A stretch of DNA of 64,000 nt. Origin: an uncultured Pseudomonadales bacterium. Its GTDB lineage: Bacteria > Pseudomonadota > Gammaproteobacteria > Pseudomonadales > Cellvibrionaceae. Each line of letters opens with the position of its first letter. The first letter of the stretch is position 1. The DNA lies in assembly GCA_947487765.1 (NCBI GenBank), contig CANKXO010000007.1:22180-86179 (forward strand), written 5' to 3'. Below, piece after piece: positions 44,094 to 52,568 of the stretch. Both the position numbers and the translations under genes were made by a program. The notes beneath the pieces were generated by a model. It was not told where the DNA came from. It saw only the letters and a program-made list of their open reading frames with translations, and did not search any database.

Positions 44094-44789
44094 ATGAAAA
44101 TAGTGAAAGGAGAAAATGAAAAAAATATTGCATGGTTGCAAGTAACCTCTGGTCAAGGGCCGAAAGAATGCGCTTGGGTTGTCGCACGATTAGAGCCGAT
44201 CATTTTGCAAGAGGCTAAAAAGGCTGATCTGTCTGCTGAGCGCATTGAAGCTTTGGCTTTTGATAAATTGCTACGGAAGCAAAATCTTATCGAGACTGAT
44301 GCTTATTTATCGATATTAATCCGCTTGCAAGGGAGGGGAGTCGACGAGTTTGTTCAATCTTGGCAGGGAACGATTAAATGGCAAGGCGAAAGCCCCTATC
44401 GTCCCAAGCATAAGCGATTTAACTGGTTTGTCGGTGTTGCAACACTTGCTATACCAGAGAAGCAAAACGTTGAGTTAAGTAGTTTATCTAAAGATATTGA
44501 TTTTGAATCAATGCGAACAAAGGGGCCAGGTGGGCAACATGTAAATAAAACGAATAGCGCGATTCGTGCGACGCATCGACCAACAGGTTTGCAAGTACGG
44601 GTTGAAACGGACCGTTCTCAGCATAGGAACAAGCAAATAGCATTGGAGCGTTTGCAAATGTTGCTAGCTCAAAGAGGTAGTAATGAGAAAAAATCAATAG
44701 AGCATGCACGCTGGCTGCAACACTATGATGTGAAAAGGGGCAGTCCTACACGCATATTTTATGGGAAAGGATTTACCGAAAACCATTGA
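44094..44789 (+). CDS. prfH: Peptide chain release factor H
   Basis: The GGQ motif region RTKGPGGQHVNKTNSAIRATHRPTG and the N-terminal LQVTSGQGPKECAWVV are typical of PrfH. It is tightly coupled to rtcB. Confidence 0.88.
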   Translation: MKIVKGENEKNIAWLQVTSGQGPKECAWVVARLEPIILQEAKKADLSAERIEALAFDKLLRKQNLIETDAYLSILIRLQGRGVDEFVQSWQGTIKWQGESPYRPKHKRFNWFVGVATLAIPEKQNVELSSLSKDIDFESMRTKGPGGQHVNKTNSAIRATHRPTGLQVRVETDRSQHRNKQIALERLQMLLAQRGSNEKKSIEHARWLQHYDVKRGSPTRIFYGKGFTENH

Positions 44790-44917
44790 TCTATTAAAAA
44801 ACTGGAGTAATGAAATGAATAATCAACAAACCCCGTTGGGCATTTATCGAAATAAGAAGCGAATTTTTACGCCTTCCAAATGGCAGGTTGCTGTAATGAA
44901 CGAAAGAGAATACGAAG

Positions 44918-45874
44918 ATGAAACAGGAAGAGTTAAGCGAGGTGTTGGATTGCCTAGGGAATGAAAGAACACTTTTTTACTACTTTAAAGATCGCTATTG
45001 CTTAGATTTAATTGGCTGGTATATGGATAAAACAAAAAGTCGGTCATTGTTGATTAGGGATTTAAATAAAAGCGGCTTGAAAAATATTCTTCAGAAACCA
45101 GTCATGAGAGAGATTATTAAAAATTGCGGCCATGGTTTTTTGACAAAAGAAATCATAAAAGCCTTCTGGTTCCATGACTTTTTAACGTTCACTTTAACAT
45201 TGGATCATTGGGGAGAAGGGGATAGAGGTTATGACCAAACCTCCAGAAACCAAAAGAATTTAGTGTTGCAGCTGAATTTTGACAATAAACATACGAGTGA
45301 ATATCAGCGTTTATTAAAGCCTGACGACCACTATGGGCCTTTTGAGTGCTGGTGTCACCCTGTTAGGCAGGATGCTAAAAAGACGATGTCGTGGGTAAGA
45401 ATGGATTTCGACTTTACAACCAATGAAGCGCTAATCGAAGAGGTTCAAAATGATTGGTTGCGACAGGCAAATGGAGGATTAACTCGTGTTAAAAAAAGTT
45501 TATCGAGAAAATCAACGCTTAAGCCAGGTGATATTGTTAGCGGCATTCATTGTGAATATAAAGACTTGGAATATTATGTTGAAGAAGTACTGAAGCCTTA
45601 TCGAAAGCTATGGGCAGAAGCTTCTATGCTGGCAGCCATACAATTTATACGTAATGAGTTAGGTATTAATACGATTTACTATCATAGCTTCAGTACAGGT
45701 AATAAGTTGAAGAAGGTTTATGGTTTGCCACCTAGATCAATGTATACACAATTGCCTAAAAAATTTGGTTTTGAATTGACTGAAGAAGCACCTGAGTTTT
45801 TAGCAAGAGATAAACATGCTAAGCGTTACATTAAGGCCATTGAAAACCCGCGATGGTATCGTATGGCGTTATAA
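44918..45874 (+). CDS. Hypothetical protein, 318 aa, downstream of rtcB-prfH
   Basis: A long ORF on the same strand as rtcB-prfH. No family was recognised. The segment ...WVRMDFDFTTNEALIEEVQNDW... could be a D...ExQ/K nuclease-like motif, but this is speculative. Confidence 0.6.
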   Translation: MKQEELSEVLDCLGNERTLFYYFKDRYCLDLIGWYMDKTKSRSLLIRDLNKSGLKNILQKPVMREIIKNCGHGFLTKEIIKAFWFHDFLTFTLTLDHWGEGDRGYDQTSRNQKNLVLQLNFDNKHTSEYQRLLKPDDHYGPFECWCHPVRQDAKKTMSWVRMDFDFTTNEALIEEVQNDWLRQANGGLTRVKKSLSRKSTLKPGDIVSGIHCEYKDLEYYVEEVLKPYRKLWAEASMLAAIQFIRNELGINTIYYHSFSTGNKLKKVYGLPPRSMYTQLPKKFGFELTEEAPEFLARDKHAKRYIKAIENPRWYRMAL

Positions 45875-45920
45875 GTGCATTAAACAACCTAATTAAGGAG
45901 AAATGCTATGAATACTTACA

Positions 45921-46116
45921 ATGAAAATCAAAAGAGCTTTCGAGGTCACTAGCAAACGACGTAAAGGTTACCCTTCAGAAACACAGGTTATGAAGGGAGA
46001 CCGCGTGGTTCACGGAGACAAAGAGCTCATCGAAAAGCTGGGCAGGAATGACCCTTGCCCTTGTGGCTCCAGGAGGTTATTTTAAAAAGTGCTGTCTTAA
46101 ATCAGGTTGCTTTTGA
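45921..46116 (+). pseudogene. Small SEC-C-motif metal-binding protein, apparently frameshifted in a T-run
   Basis: The ORF 45921-46085 ends ...[14 protein letters not shown]. The +1 frame continues KKCCLKSGCF* (to 46116). Removing one T from TTTT (46080-46083) restores the canonical SEC-C pattern CPCGSxxxFKKCC. Confidence 0.5.
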
Positions 46117-46251
46117 CGGTGCCAATCGTGATTACTACTACCGTTAGCGAATACTCTCCGCCTCCATTTTCGTGGAAGTGGAGAGTGAATAAAAGTTTGA
46201 GATGAGAGTAACAAGGTATACTTTGTCAACATGTTCCTAATTGATAAAATG

Positions 46252-47946
46252 CTAGACCGCTATAGAACTATCCAGTATTTCTTGTGGCAGTGTAAACCAG
46301 CGCAGTTTTTCAGCTGCATCTGATAGCTCTAAACAGTATGTGTTTTCAGTGCGATTTTTTTTAGATATTTCTTTTTCAGCAGCAACAATATATTGTTCAA
46401 GTAATGCTGTATCTTGCGATGGTAATTGTGTTTCCTCTTGATCTTTTAGCGATAAAAAATTAATAAATTTCAAATGGCCATTTAATTCCATGGCTGAGTT
46501 TTGATAGCGCCATACACCATTGACGAAGTTATAATAAGGTAAAAGTTGCCATCCATGCTCTGCTACTAATTCTATTGCCCGTACGATGTATTCAAACGTT
46601 GGTTCATCAATAAAGTAATTGAAATTAACTCGTACCCAGCCTGGGCGTAAAATTATTTCTCCTTTTAGTAACTGTTTTTCCAGTGCGCGACTATATTCCA
46701 TCGTCATTCCTAGTAGTGTGTGCCCGTAAGGGCCAGCACAGGAGCAACCTCCTCTTGCTTGAATGCCAAAAAAATCATTCAGTAACGCGACGACAAAACC
46801 ATAGTGAAGGTCTTTCCTTTGATGCTTTATGCGAAGAGAGGCGATGGATAAACGAGGTAACTCAGGGTTGCCGAGAATTTCTATGTTGTCGCAACTTGAC
46901 CAGCGAGCTATAGCTCTTTCAATAAAATCCTTCTCACGATGCTCAATATTTCCTGTGCCAACCTGTTGTTGTAATTTGAAAACAAGCCCTGCTCGAATGG
47001 ACTCAACAATTGCTGGAGTGCCACCTTCTTCACGTCGTTCAGAGTCATTAATATATTGATGATCTTCTGGTGTGACATACATTACTGTGCCGCCTCCTGG
47101 CATAGCGGGTACGCGGTTTTTTAGCAGCTGTTTTTTTACCGCCAATATACCAGGTGTGCCCGGACCTCCTATAAATTTATGAGGGGAGATAAATACAGCA
47201 TCTTTGCTGGTCTCTTTTGATGTTGACATAGTAATGTTTACATAAGGCGCTGCTGCTGCATAATCCCAAAAAGCAAATGCGCCATAGCGATGCAGTAATT
47301 GAGAAACACTATTCGTATCTGTTTTAATGCCTGTCACGTTTGAGGCAGCTGAAAAACTGCCTATTTTAAAAGGTCTATCTTGATAGCGTTGTAACTGTGC
47401 TTCCAGTGCATTGATATCCAAAGTACCCTCTTTATCAAGAGGGATGCTCACCAGTGTTGCGATAGTTTCTCTCCAAGGTAATTCATTGGAATGGTGCTCA
47501 TAAGGTCCAATAAATATTACGGGGCGACCCTCTAAAGGGATATGTTGCTCGAGTTGATAGCGGTCGTTTAAGTCGGCCGGCAGGCGTAAGTTGAGGATAT
47601 CGATAAGCTTGTTAATCGCGGCTGTGGCACCGGAGCCACAGAAAATAATATCGTAATCCTCATAGGCATTAATGGCTTTGCGAATTTCCTGTCTAGCCTC
47701 TTCTCGATATGTAGACGTTTGAGCACCGGTATAAGAGGTCTCCGTATGAGTGTTGGCATAATAAGGCAGTACGTTTTTCTGAATAAAATCTTCTATCATT
47801 TTCAGGGAACGACCCGAAGCAGTGTAGTCAGCATAGACTAAGGGTTTGTTTCCAAAAGGGGTTTTAATTAGTTGATTATTGCCAATAACATCTTCTCGAA
47901 TAGATTGGACGAGTTGTTCATTACACATAAGCTTGCACCACTTCAA
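46252..47946 (-). CDS. Class-V-fold PLP-dependent aminotransferase / cysteine-desulfurase-like protein
   Basis: 564 aa. The N-terminal region (...YADYTASGRSLKMIEDFIQKNVLPYYANTHTE...) and the ...ISPHKFIGGPGTPG... lysine region are typical of this family. Confidence 0.8.
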   Translation of the reverse strand: MKWCKLMCNEQLVQSIREDVIGNNQLIKTPFGNKPLVYADYTASGRSLKMIEDFIQKNVLPYYANTHTETSYTGAQTSTYREEARQEIRKAINAYEDYDIIFCGSGATAAINKLIDILNLRLPADLNDRYQLEQHIPLEGRPVIFIGPYEHHSNELPWRETIATLVSIPLDKEGTLDINALEAQLQRYQDRPFKIGSFSAASNVTGIKTDTNSVSQLLHRYGAFAFWDYAAAAPYVNITMSTSKETSKDAVFISPHKFIGGPGTPGILAVKKQLLKNRVPAMPGGGTVMYVTPEDHQYINDSERREEGGTPAIVESIRAGLVFKLQQQVGTGNIEHREKDFIERAIARWSSCDNIEILGNPELPRLSIASLRIKHQRKDLHYGFVVALLNDFFGIQARGGCSCAGPYGHTLLGMTMEYSRALEKQLLKGEIILRPGWVRVNFNYFIDEPTFEYIVRAIELVAEHGWQLLPYYNFVNGVWRYQNSAMELNGHLKFINFLSLKDQEETQLPSQDTALLEQYIVAAEKEISKKNRTENTYCLELSDAAEKLRWFTLPQEILDSSIAV

Positions 47947-48105
47947 TACGGTTACTAATGTGGAATAGTGTAGGTTAAGGCGTGGAAAACAATGTGCCTA
48001 TTTTTATGATTTTTGGTTTTATGTTGGCATTTTGTTCCTTAATTTGTTTAAATTTTGAGAAATTATTTCTATTTTGGTGTTTTTAACTATTTTTTTGTTT
48101 TTTAG

Positions 48106-48588
48106 GTGGGTGCTATGTCTACACGTTGGGGAAAATATGATCGACAAATTCTAGAGCTTCTACAGCGGGATGCATCGCTATCAGTGGGTGAGGTGGCTGA
48201 GCGAATTGGTGTATCAAAATCTGCCTGTTGGCGACGAATACAAAAGTTAGAGCAAGAGAATGTCATTAGAGAAAAAGTGGCATTGCTAGATCAAGAACAA
48301 CTTAACTTACCCCTTACCGTTTATATTGTTGTGCGGACAAACCAGCACAATGATCAATGGTCACAGCAATTCCAAGAGGTTATAGATTCTCTCCCTGAAA
48401 TCCTTGAAGCATACCGTATGAGTGGTGATCTCGATTACCTGATTAAGGCGGTGGTGACTGATATGCCTGGATATGACAGGCTCTATAAAAAAATTATTAA
48501 AGCCAATTTGTTTGATGTAAGTTCTAGCTTTGTGATGGAAACGATGAAAAGTACTACACAACTTCCTTTAAATTATCTTAAAACTTAA
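48106..48588 (+). CDS. Lrp/AsnC family transcriptional regulator
   Basis: An HTH (DRQILELLQRDASLSVGEVAERIGVSKSACWRRIQKLE) is followed by an AsnC-type ligand domain. It is divergent from the aminotransferase gene. Confidence 0.9.
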   Translation: MGAMSTRWGKYDRQILELLQRDASLSVGEVAERIGVSKSACWRRIQKLEQENVIREKVALLDQEQLNLPLTVYIVVRTNQHNDQWSQQFQEVIDSLPEILEAYRMSGDLDYLIKAVVTDMPGYDRLYKKIIKANLFDVSSSFVMETMKSTTQLPLNYLKT

Positions 48589-48754
48589 ATAAAAAAATAT
48601 ACCCTCTCTCAATATCACCTTTCTAATATCCTGCTTTTTACACGATTGTTATTGACATCTTTTTTTTGTTGTGAAACTATTTAAACATTAAATAGTTTAA
48701 TGAAAAAATAATTACAAAAAATTCTCGATACACTTTACTGATAGTGGGTGACCT

Positions 48755-49540
48755 ATGAGCCTTCAGGCTGAAGTTTCTCCTGTATCACGATTTAATGATG
48801 CTGGCCGTGCCCCGCTTTTATTAGTATGTGAGCATGCATCAAACTTTATTCCGGCGGAATTGGATAACTTACAACTTTCTGATGAAGTGCTGCATAGCCA
48901 TGTAGCGCTTGATCTTGGCGCATTCGATCTTGCGAAAAAAATAAGTGATTTATTAGATGCTCCATTAATCACAAGCGCTATATCCCGGTTAGTGTATGAC
49001 TGTAATCGTTCGTATGGTCTGGCTGATACGATTCCAGAGCGTAGCGAAGCGTTTCAGATCCCAGGCAATCGACACTTGAATAGCACTGACTCTAGAGATA
49101 GATACAATAAATATTATGTGCCATTTGAGGAAGCAATTTCTAGTCGCTTATTGGTATTTTCTAAGCCACCTATATTACTGACTATTCATAGTTTTACTCC
49201 AGTATATTTAGGTGAAGAAAGAGCAGTGGATATAGGGATTATTGACGACGAGGATGAGCGCTTTAGCTTTGAAATGATTAATGTGGCTCGAAAGCAGCCC
49301 CATTTTTGTATAGAGCATAATCAACCCTACGGTAATGGAGATAACACAACCTACACGTTGTCATTGCACGGTGTTAAAAATGGTTTTTTGAATGCCATGA
49401 TTGAAGTAAAAAATAATTTACTAGAAACAATGGATCAACGTAAAGAAATGGCTTTGTTGCTTGCAAAAATAATATCCGAGACTGCCGAAAAATTCGATTA
49501 CGTTATACCAATAAAGGTCGATGATGCTAGCGATCATTAG
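48755..49540 (+). CDS. N-formylglutamate amidohydrolase family protein
   Basis: The FGase-type N-terminus ...PLLLVCEHASNFIP... is present. 261 aa. Confidence 0.75.
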   Translation: MSLQAEVSPVSRFNDAGRAPLLLVCEHASNFIPAELDNLQLSDEVLHSHVALDLGAFDLAKKISDLLDAPLITSAISRLVYDCNRSYGLADTIPERSEAFQIPGNRHLNSTDSRDRYNKYYVPFEEAISSRLLVFSKPPILLTIHSFTPVYLGEERAVDIGIIDDEDERFSFEMINVARKQPHFCIEHNQPYGNGDNTTYTLSLHGVKNGFLNAMIEVKNNLLETMDQRKEMALLLAKIISETAEKFDYVIPIKVDDASDH

Positions 49541-50030
49541 AAAGTATGTTTTATTTGTCGAAGCGATTAACTATCGTGTTGGTCGCATTGTTATGTACGG
49601 TATTTTTGTCATGGTTGGTGTTCTTTTGTGGTCATCAATATCGAAAACATTTTTCCTACCTTCACTTTGGACATTGGAAACCGCTCAGTTTCTAATGGTT
49701 GGGTACTATATGTTAGGTGGTGCCTATTCTCTTCAGCTGGGCTCAAATGTTCGAATGGATCTCTTTTATTCAAATTGGTCTGTAAAGAAAAAAGCATGGT
49801 TTGATGCAATTACTATCTTATTCCTTATTTATTTTCTCGGAGTTTTACTGTGGGGAGCGATTGATAGTACTCAATATGCAATTCAATATGGAGAGCGAAG
49901 TTATTCCAGTTGGCGCCCTTATATGTGGCCGATAAAAGTGACTATGTGCACTGGTATCATTTTAATGCTACTGCAATCAACCTGTGAACTGATTAAAGAT
50001 ATTGCAACCATTCGTGGAGTGGAACTTTAA
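49521..50030 (+). CDS. TRAP transporter small permease (DctQ-like)
   Basis: About 165 aa with 4 hydrophobic helices. It sits directly upstream of, and overlaps, the DctM-like gene. Confidence 0.85.
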   Translation: MMLAIIRKYVLFVEAINYRVGRIVMYGIFVMVGVLLWSSISKTFFLPSLWTLETAQFLMVGYYMLGGAYSLQLGSNVRMDLFYSNWSVKKKAWFDAITILFLIYFLGVLLWGAIDSTQYAIQYGERSYSSWRPYMWPIKVTMCTGIILMLLQSTCELIKDIATIRGVEL

Positions 50031-51352
50031 TGCCGTATGAAATGATTGCACTACTGATGTTTTCTTCAATGATGTTGATGTTGCTGACAGGACAAAGAGT
50101 ATTTGGTGCTATCGGTGCCGTTGCTGCAATAGCGGGTGTGACTCTCTGGGGAACTGGTGGGTCAGATATCCCATTCGCATCCGCTATGAAATTAATGAAG
50201 TGGTATCCATTGCTGACTTTGCCGATGTTTATTTTTATGGGGTACATTTTATCGGAGTCAAAAATTGCAGATGACCTCTATAAAATGTTCCATGTTTGGA
50301 TGGGAAATGTTCGCGGCGGTTTAGCAATTGGCACCATTGGTTTGATGGTGCTTGTATCTGCTATGAATGGTTTGTCTGTTGCGGGAATGGCCATTGGAGC
50401 CACTATTGCGCTGCCAGAATTACTTCGCAGAAATTACGACAAGCGTATGGTAACGGGGGTGATTCAGGCGGGCTCTTCTCTCGGTATTTTAGTGCCGCCT
50501 TCAGTTGTCTTAGTGCTGTATGCCATGATTGCTAGACAACCTGTAGGGCAGTTATGGTTGGCAGGTATTGTGCCTGGTCTAATGATGGCAGGATTATTCA
50601 TTGCGTATATTGCGATTCGATGTCACTTGCAGCCTGAGTTAGGCCCAACGCTGTCAAAAGAAGAGCGCGACGTCCCTCTGTCAGAAAAAATTCGCTTACT
50701 CGGCGCAGGCTTTTTGCCGATATTGATCTTCGCTGCGATGATGGTGCCCTTTGTTAATGGTTGGACAAGTTTAGTTGAGAGCTCTGCTATTGGAGCGATG
50801 ACCGCTTTTTTGGTGGCGGTAATAAAAGGGCGCATGACACGCCTTGTTTTTGAAACATCCGTGCGCCAGACGTTAGCGATTTCTTGCATGTTTATGTGGA
50901 TTATTCTGGCCGCACTAGGTTTTGGTGCAGTGTTTGATGGTTTAGGTGCAGTTAAAGCAATCGAAGAATTGTTTACCGGTCAACTTGGCCTAGATCCTTG
51001 GACGATTTTAATTCTAATGCAATTGTCGTTTATTTTAATGGGTACTTTTTTAGATGATACGGCAATGTTGGTGATTGTTGCTCCATTGTATGTACCATTG
51101 GTTGACTCGTTAGGCTTTGATCTGATTTGGTATGGTGTGCTCTATACCATTACGACACAAATTGCTTATATGACCCCACCTTTTGGTTACAACTTATTTT
51201 TGATGCGGGCTATGGCGCCCCCTGAAATAAATATGAAAGATATTTACAGCTCAGTTTTTCCCTTTGTTATAGCCATGATCTTCGCGCTAATGTTGGTAAT
51301 GATATTTCCGCAGATCGCTCTATGGCTACCCGAATCTATTTACGCACGTTAA
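50030..51352 (+). CDS. TRAP transporter large permease (DctM-like)
   Basis: 440-aa polytopic membrane protein in the DctQ-DctM-DctP arrangement. Confidence 0.9.
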   Translation: MPYEMIALLMFSSMMLMLLTGQRVFGAIGAVAAIAGVTLWGTGGSDIPFASAMKLMKWYPLLTLPMFIFMGYILSESKIADDLYKMFHVWMGNVRGGLAIGTIGLMVLVSAMNGLSVAGMAIGATIALPELLRRNYDKRMVTGVIQAGSSLGILVPPSVVLVLYAMIARQPVGQLWLAGIVPGLMMAGLFIAYIAIRCHLQPELGPTLSKEERDVPLSEKIRLLGAGFLPILIFAAMMVPFVNGWTSLVESSAIGAMTAFLVAVIKGRMTRLVFETSVRQTLAISCMFMWIILAALGFGAVFDGLGAVKAIEELFTGQLGLDPWTILILMQLSFILMGTFLDDTAMLVIVAPLYVPLVDSLGFDLIWYGVLYTITTQIAYMTPPFGYNLFLMRAMAPPEINMKDIYSSVFPFVIAMIFALMLVMIFPQIALWLPESIYAR

Positions 51353-51414
51353 TTAAAATTGGCGGTGAGTAGAGTAGTAGTAGCGATTTATGAATAAACC
51401 AAGCGGAGTAATTT

Positions 51415-52476
51415 ATGACTATCAATGAAAAGAGTACGAGAAGAAAGTTTTTAAAAACAGCGGGCGCTGGTCTTGCGGGTGCTGCAATAATGGGGGCGCC
51501 AGCGGTACATGCAGCAAAAAAATCAACGATTAAATGGAGAATGCAAACTTACGCAGGAGCATCTTTAGCCGCGCATGTAATTAAACCTGCTATTGAGTCT
51601 TTTAACAAAGTTGCTGGTGGAGAGATGCAAATTGAATTGTATTACGGTGATCAATTAGTGCCTACTGGTGAGTTGTTCCGCGCCATGCAAAAAAGCACCA
51701 TTGATGCAGTTCAATCAGATGATGATTCTATGGCATCGCCAACAGAAGTGACTGTATTTGGTGGGTATTTTCCTTTTGGTAGTCGTTATTCTCTTGATGT
51801 CCCTGTTTTATTTAATCAATATGGTTTGAATGAAATTTGGGATGCGGAGTATTCTAAAGTAGGCATTAAACATATTTCTGCCGGTGCGTGGGACCCTTGC
51901 CATTTTGCAACCAAAGATCCTATTCGCAGCCTTGCTGATATGAAAGGCAAGCGAGTGTTTACCTTTCCAACTGCTGGCCGTTTTCTTAAACAATTTGGTG
52001 TGGTGCCCGTAACATTGCCTTGGGAAGATATTGAAGTAGCCGTGCAAACGGGCGAGCTGGACGGTGTTGCCTGGTCAGGCATTACTGAAGACTATACTGT
52101 TGGTTGGGCAGATGTGACTAATTACTTTTTGACAAATAATATATCGGGGGCATGGGCTGGCTCTTTCTTTGCAAATATGGATCGTTGGAATTCGTTGCCT
52201 GATAGAATGCAAGAGTTATTGAAAATAACGATGGATAGCTCGCATTATTACCGTCAATGGTGGTATTGGGGTGGAGAAGCATCCTTACGTGTCAACGGAA
52301 CAAAAATGGAGTTGACAACGATACCTGATGAAGAGTGGGCAACTGTTGAAAATGCAGCGGTTAAATTCTGGGATGAAATTGCTAAAGAATCCAAAACAAA
52401 AGAAAAAATTGTTAATATCTTTAAAAAATATAACGAAGATATGAATAAGGCTGGGCGGCCATATCGGTACAGTTAA
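51415..52476 (+). CDS. TRAP transporter substrate-binding protein (DctP-type) with twin-arginine signal
   Basis: A Tat-like signal STRRKFLKTAGAGLAGAAIMGAPAVHA is present. 353 aa. Adjacent to DctQM. Confidence 0.85.
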   Translation: MTINEKSTRRKFLKTAGAGLAGAAIMGAPAVHAAKKSTIKWRMQTYAGASLAAHVIKPAIESFNKVAGGEMQIELYYGDQLVPTGELFRAMQKSTIDAVQSDDDSMASPTEVTVFGGYFPFGSRYSLDVPVLFNQYGLNEIWDAEYSKVGIKHISAGAWDPCHFATKDPIRSLADMKGKRVFTFPTAGRFLKQFGVVPVTLPWEDIEVAVQTGELDGVAWSGITEDYTVGWADVTNYFLTNNISGAWAGSFFANMDRWNSLPDRMQELLKITMDSSHYYRQWWYWGGEASLRVNGTKMELTTIPDEEWATVENAAVKFWDEIAKESKTKEKIVNIFKKYNEDMNKAGRPYRYS

Positions 52477-52568
52477 TTACCTTTTAATCCGTAAAAAGGC
52501 GCATTTTGCGCCTGCTTTTGGGCACTATTGGCTATGTTGCATGGTAGAAATAAATAACAGAGAAAATA

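Noticed and set aside
25300-46250. Classifying the island as a prophage, ICE or transposon
   Set aside because: No integrase, recombinase, transposase, terminal inverted repeats or phage structural genes were seen. Mobility is therefore unproven. The HNH gene alone is insufficient.
25300-46250. Ro60/Y-RNA (Rsr-YrlA)-type module to explain the tRNA-like RNAs next to RtcB
   Set aside because: No TROVE/vWA Ro-like protein is encoded in the window. Most array members have full anticodon arms, unlike Y-RNA tRNA-like domains.
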